Positions 62,240-64,000 of a stretch of DNA of 64,000 nt are shown here, piece after piece (within the stretch, counting starts at the first letter, position 1; each line of letters begins with the position of its first letter). Made by a program: the position numbers and the translations under genes. The DNA is from Carcharhinus amblyrhynchos. Its lineage: Eukaryota. Below the pieces are notes generated by a model. It worked only from the letters and a program-made list of their open reading frames with translations, was not told the DNA's origin and did no database searches. The stretch is from NCBI GenBank assembly GCA_965287045.1, contig OZ336880.1:53320001-53384000 (forward strand), read 5' to 3'.

Positions 62240-63260
62240 AGTTTGGCAATGCCATGCTGTGTAGTTATTCTCTCAATGATTTTTCAGAATCATCTTCAGA
62301 AGTACCAATTTCTTTAGTCCCAAATGTTGTGATTACTATGATGAAAGATTAGTTGAATTTGAGTTGCCTGATTATTATGTCTTAGCAACTGTACCACCTA
62401 GGAATAGTGCAGAATTAATTCCAAATCGTACTTTTAAGGTCAAGTACAGCTAAATTCCAGATTGTCATATAAAAGCAAAGATGAATATATGTCCTCATGG
62501 TGGCACAGTGGTTAAATTTAAAGTTTATTAGTCATCAGTAAGACTTACATTAGCACTGCAATGAAATTACTGTGAAATTCCCCTAGTTGCCACATTCTGG
62601 CGTCTGTTCGGGTCAATCCATCTACCCGCATGTCTTTCAGACTGAGAGGAAACCAGATCACCCAGAGGAAACCCACGCAGATATGGGGAGAACATGCAAA
62701 CTCCACACAGACAGTGACCCAAGCTGGGAATCGAAGCCAGGTCCCTGGTGCTGAGAGGTAACAGTGTTAACCACTGTGCCACCTATCATGGTTAGCACTG
62801 CTGCCTTAGAGTGCCATGGACCTAGGTTCGATTCCCGTTTTTGGTCACTGTCTGTGTGGAGTCTGCATGTTCATCCCATGTTTGTGTGGGTTTCTTCCAG
62901 ATGCGCTGGTTTCCACCCACAGTCTGAAAGACATGCTTGGTTAGGTGCATTGGCGATGCTAAATTCTTAAGTGTATCCTAATAGGTGTCGGAGTGTGGCG
63001 ATTCAAGGATTTTCACAATAACTTAATTGGAGTGTTAATTAATTCTGCACTATTCCTAGGTGGTGTAGTAGCTAAGACATAATAATCAGGCAACTCAAAT
63101 TCAACTAATCTTCTATCGTATAATTTACATCTTCCATAGTAGTAATCACAACATTTGGGCCTAAAGAAATTGGTATTTCTGGAGATGATTCTGAAAAATC
63201 ATTGAGAGAATAGCTAGTTAGCATGGCATTGCCAAACTAATTAATAAACTTTACAAAACT
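62240..63260. repeat. Large inverted repeat: 62240-62420 recurs inverted at 63037-63238, around two oppositely oriented V-SINEs (62520-62783 minus; 62786-63036 plus)
   Basis: ..ttctctcaatgatttttcagaatcatc..cctaggaatagtgcagaattaatt is mirrored by aattaattctgcactattcctagg..gatgattctgaaaaatcattgagagaa. Confidence 0.9.
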
Positions 63261-64000
63261 TTTCCTGGTTGATTTTCTTATTAACTGTGTATAATGATTA
63301 GTGATACATAGTACTGTCTCTTGTGTTATTGATCCTACGTATAACATTATAGTGATTTGTCATGACCAGAGAAGTAAAAGGGGAAGGTTATTATAAATTT
63401 AAAATGGTTGCAGGTTGCTTTAAGAGTTGATCACATAATTGGTGATGTCATTAGGGTGTTTGCAGAGGCTGCTGTGTTACTTTCAGTAAAACAGCACTTT
63501 GTGTAGTGCAAAAATCATCTATTTCAAAAAATCTGTTATTGGTTGAATTTACGTGTACAAACAACATTCATTTCTTTGCTAAAATCCACAAGCCCTAATA
63601 TAGAACATTATAGGATATTCGCTAATTGCAGATGATTGCACAGTGTTCAGCACCAGTTGCGCCTCTTCGATTATTGAAGCAGTACACGTCCAAATACACC
63701 AAACCCTGGATAGTAGTCAAGCTTAAGTTGACACGTAACATTCACGGTATCAGTTTTAGGTCAATGCCATTTCCAACAAGATAAAATTTAACTATTGTCC
63801 CTTGACATTCAGTAGCATTAGAGTCATAGAGGTTTGTAGCATGGAAACAGGCCCTTTGGCCCAACTTGTCCATGCCACCCCTTGATGCTTTTTGCACTGC
63901 ACAGAATGCTGCTTTACTAAAAGTAAGTAAGAAGTCTCACAACATCAGGTTAAAGTCCAACAAGTTTATTTGGTAGCAAAAGCCACTAGTTTTAGGAGCG

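Larger units (their letters stand above)
57278..63612 (+). mobile_element. Full-length but decayed Gypsy/Ty3 LTR retrotransposon
   Basis: LTRs 57278-57496 and 63389-63612; GGAT TSD at 57274-57277 and 63613-63616; PPT gaagtaaaaggggaagg at 63371-63387. Contains a gag zinc-knuckle relic (CKNCGKMGH), protease MEVDASAAVS, RT YPLPIIED/FGIASAPALF, RNaseH YAQLKKEAL and integrase LHEGHPG/SANGSVERFVQSLK. Confidence 0.93.

Overview
Eukaryotic, repeat-dense DNA, most likely from a cartilaginous fish (shark): it carries V-SINE/HE1-like SINEs, CR1, CR1/L2-group, RTE and Penelope retroelements, Harbinger/PIF relics with MITEs, and a Gypsy LTR element. I found no intact host CDS. A CpG-containing promoter with short spliced non-coding exons lies at about 48.1-49.3 kb. 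The main finding is in the first 40 kb: the non-repeat 'spacers' between transposons translate, through stops, frameshifts and TE insertions, into decayed paramyxovirus-like (Mononegavirales) genes. I count about 5-6 nucleocapsid (N) copies, 2 matrix (M) copies, 2-3 polymerase (L) fragments and possibly a V zinc-finger. They are mutually divergent, on both strands and not in viral gene order, which suggests a locus that repeatedly captured RNA-virus sequence. All viral assignments are by-eye comparisons with measles, Sendai, Nipah and PIV5 motifs recalled from memory and need tBLASTn/HMM confirmation. Most boundaries are approximate.
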